From assembly GCF_009914755.1 (NCBI RefSeq), contig NC_060943.1: a stretch of 64,000 nt of DNA. One strand, given 5' to 3'. Below are positions 61,139 to 64,000 of this stretch, piece by piece. Source of the stretch: the human T2T-CHM13v2.0 reference genome, Homo sapiens. The notes under the pieces are model-generated. The model did not search any database. It was given only the letters and a program-made list of their open reading frames with translations, and was not told the DNA's origin. The translations under genes and the position numbers were made by a program. Each line of letters begins with the position of its first letter. Position 1 is the first letter of the stretch.

Positions 61139-61500
61139 CTTTTAAAAATAAAAGACACATTATTAGTAATAAATTTCTACCAATTTCAGTGAATGTATAT
61201 GTTTTCTGCCCTTCTGTCAAGTTTAAGCTGAAAGTTTTCACAGAGGGCTCTACGACAGCCAATACTGTCACTGAGTTATTGACTCACGGGATTTTTCTGA
61301 TAATTGTTTACAACTGAAGTATGTGTCAAACATTCAAAATCCCGGTCTCATTTGTGGAAAAAATTAACTCATGAAAATTCTTTCTCAAACCACAATCTTT
61401 GATCTAGGCTTATTTATATATACATATTTCTTAAATTTCATGACTTTAATTTTAAGATTCTCTCCTGAGGCACTTTCTCTTTCTCACGAATGGCACTCAC

Positions 61501-61684
61501 CTCAAATGTCTCTCATGGCTTTTGTTCTGATAATCAATACCACAGGACTCCTGGTTTTCATGTAAACTGGAGAACCAGGAATCATTCCTTTTGAATCTTA
61601 CTATTTTCTGTTCATTGGATATTTTTTCTCCACAAATATCTTGTGAAGCAACTGATTCATTAGTTTTAAGTTGAGTCTCAAAAC
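61501..61684 (-). CDS. ZNF699: ZNF699 linker exon (184 nt; GFETQLKTNESVASQ...SHERHLR)
   Basis: Acceptor TTTCAG|G, donor GAG|GTGAGT, open frame, phases 1 and 2 fit both neighbours. Confidence 0.88.
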
Positions 61685-62084
61685 CTGAAACGAAAAAAAG
61701 TGAAAGCTTCCATGAGCCAAGGACTTTTAGCAGAGTGACTATTTCAGGACTTTGGTATTAATAGGCACAAGGGTCAAAATGGTAAGCAATTAACTAAGAA
61801 ATAATTTTATGAAGATTGAAACTAACATAACTAATATAGTATTAGGAGAACAAAACAGAAATTGGATAAAATGCACATGACCAAATGCCAACTTACAAAG
61901 AGGAAACGTGGAAGGTCTTTGCCAAGAACAAGGAAAATGCGAGAGGACTGATAAAAAGTCAAAATAGTCATCTGAGCTATCTGTGGAAGATGAGCTTCCT
62001 CATATAAAACAAAGTTTGTTTTTGTTTTTTACTTTAAGTTTATTTTTTCCCCCAACCAAAACAGTTTCTCCCAAGGGTTCTTGC

Positions 62085-62195
62085 CTTCCCGGTGCTCTCC
62101 CATAAAGATGCCCTGGATAAGTTCTCTCTTCACTGTCTGCAGGTCCTCCTCTTGTTCCCACTGGGAGATCAGATGGGGTGTGTGTAGCGGATACC
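62085..62195 (-). CDS. ZNF699: ZNF699 KRAB-B exon (111 nt; GYPLHTPHLISQWEQEEDL...GEHRE)
   Basis: KRAB-B-like PxLISxxEQ; acceptor TGCAG|GG; the only nearby phase-1 donor is GAAG|GCAAG (GC-AG). Confidence 0.8.
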
Positions 62196-62369
62196 CTGCA
62201 CAAGCAGAAAGGCATATCACGAGGGAAAATAATGAAGAATCACTAACATTTCCATGAAACAGAAACAAAACTTTAGTCTTCTGATATTCCAAAAATGGAC
62301 AACTGTGAGTTTAACTGCAACAAAATGTCAAATTTATTTATTTTTTTTTTAAAAAAAGGAGAGGTGGCA

Positions 62370-62715
<346 letters not shown>

Positions 62716-63039
62716 TCACACCTAAACCTCAATATCATTACAAGCTGGTCAGACAGTCACAACTGGGACATTTTGTTCTCCTATAGAATATAAATAATCT
62801 CACAAAATACTAATCTTGGATAAAGTTACTCTGAAATCATGATAAAATGAAACAAAACAAGGTTACCTCATAATTTTGTCTAAAGACTTTATGCCACCCA
62901 CAACATACTCAATAATAGAGTATTATTGAATAATACTGTCAGCAACCAGCAATACTATCCACTTTCTGTCAGCAACCAATCTAAAATGACTGCCTGTGTC
63001 ACTAGGCTGAACAACGTCCCCTCAAAATTTATGTTCAAA

Positions 63040-64000
<961 letters not shown>

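Noticed and set aside
61139-61158. ORF-track start of the 492-aa zinc-finger ORF
   Set aside because: It is intronic sequence upstream of the acceptor; the real N-terminus comes from upstream KRAB exons

Overview
Primate (human-like) genomic DNA, Alu/L1-rich, from a family-7 olfactory receptor (OR) cluster next to a KRAB zinc-finger gene. From protein sequence and gene order I recognise it as human chr19p13.2. It contains the 3' end of an OR7D gene (probably OR7D1P), intact OR7E24, three OR pseudogenes on the minus strand (probably OR7E18P, OR7E19P, OR7H1P), and the last three coding exons of ZNF699. Main observation: OR7E24 lacks the usual OR start codon (ACA where ATG is expected). The sequence supports a split two-exon CDS: a 29-nt coding mini-exon at 11691-11719 splices in frame across a 3.6-kb phase-2 intron. 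The same ATG, donor and acceptor are conserved in the inverted paralog at 30532/32945-32973. Other notable structure: a 3.5-kb hairpin-rich 63/78-bp satellite, two inverted solo LTR12 elements, a ~270-bp ~98%-identical inverted repeat downstream of one LTR12 promoter, a decapitated OR7D remnant, several fold-back or templated-insertion scars, and a GC-AG donor in ZNF699. Pseudogene symbols and repeat subfamily names come from memory, not a database search. Repeat boundaries are approximate unless TSDs are quoted.
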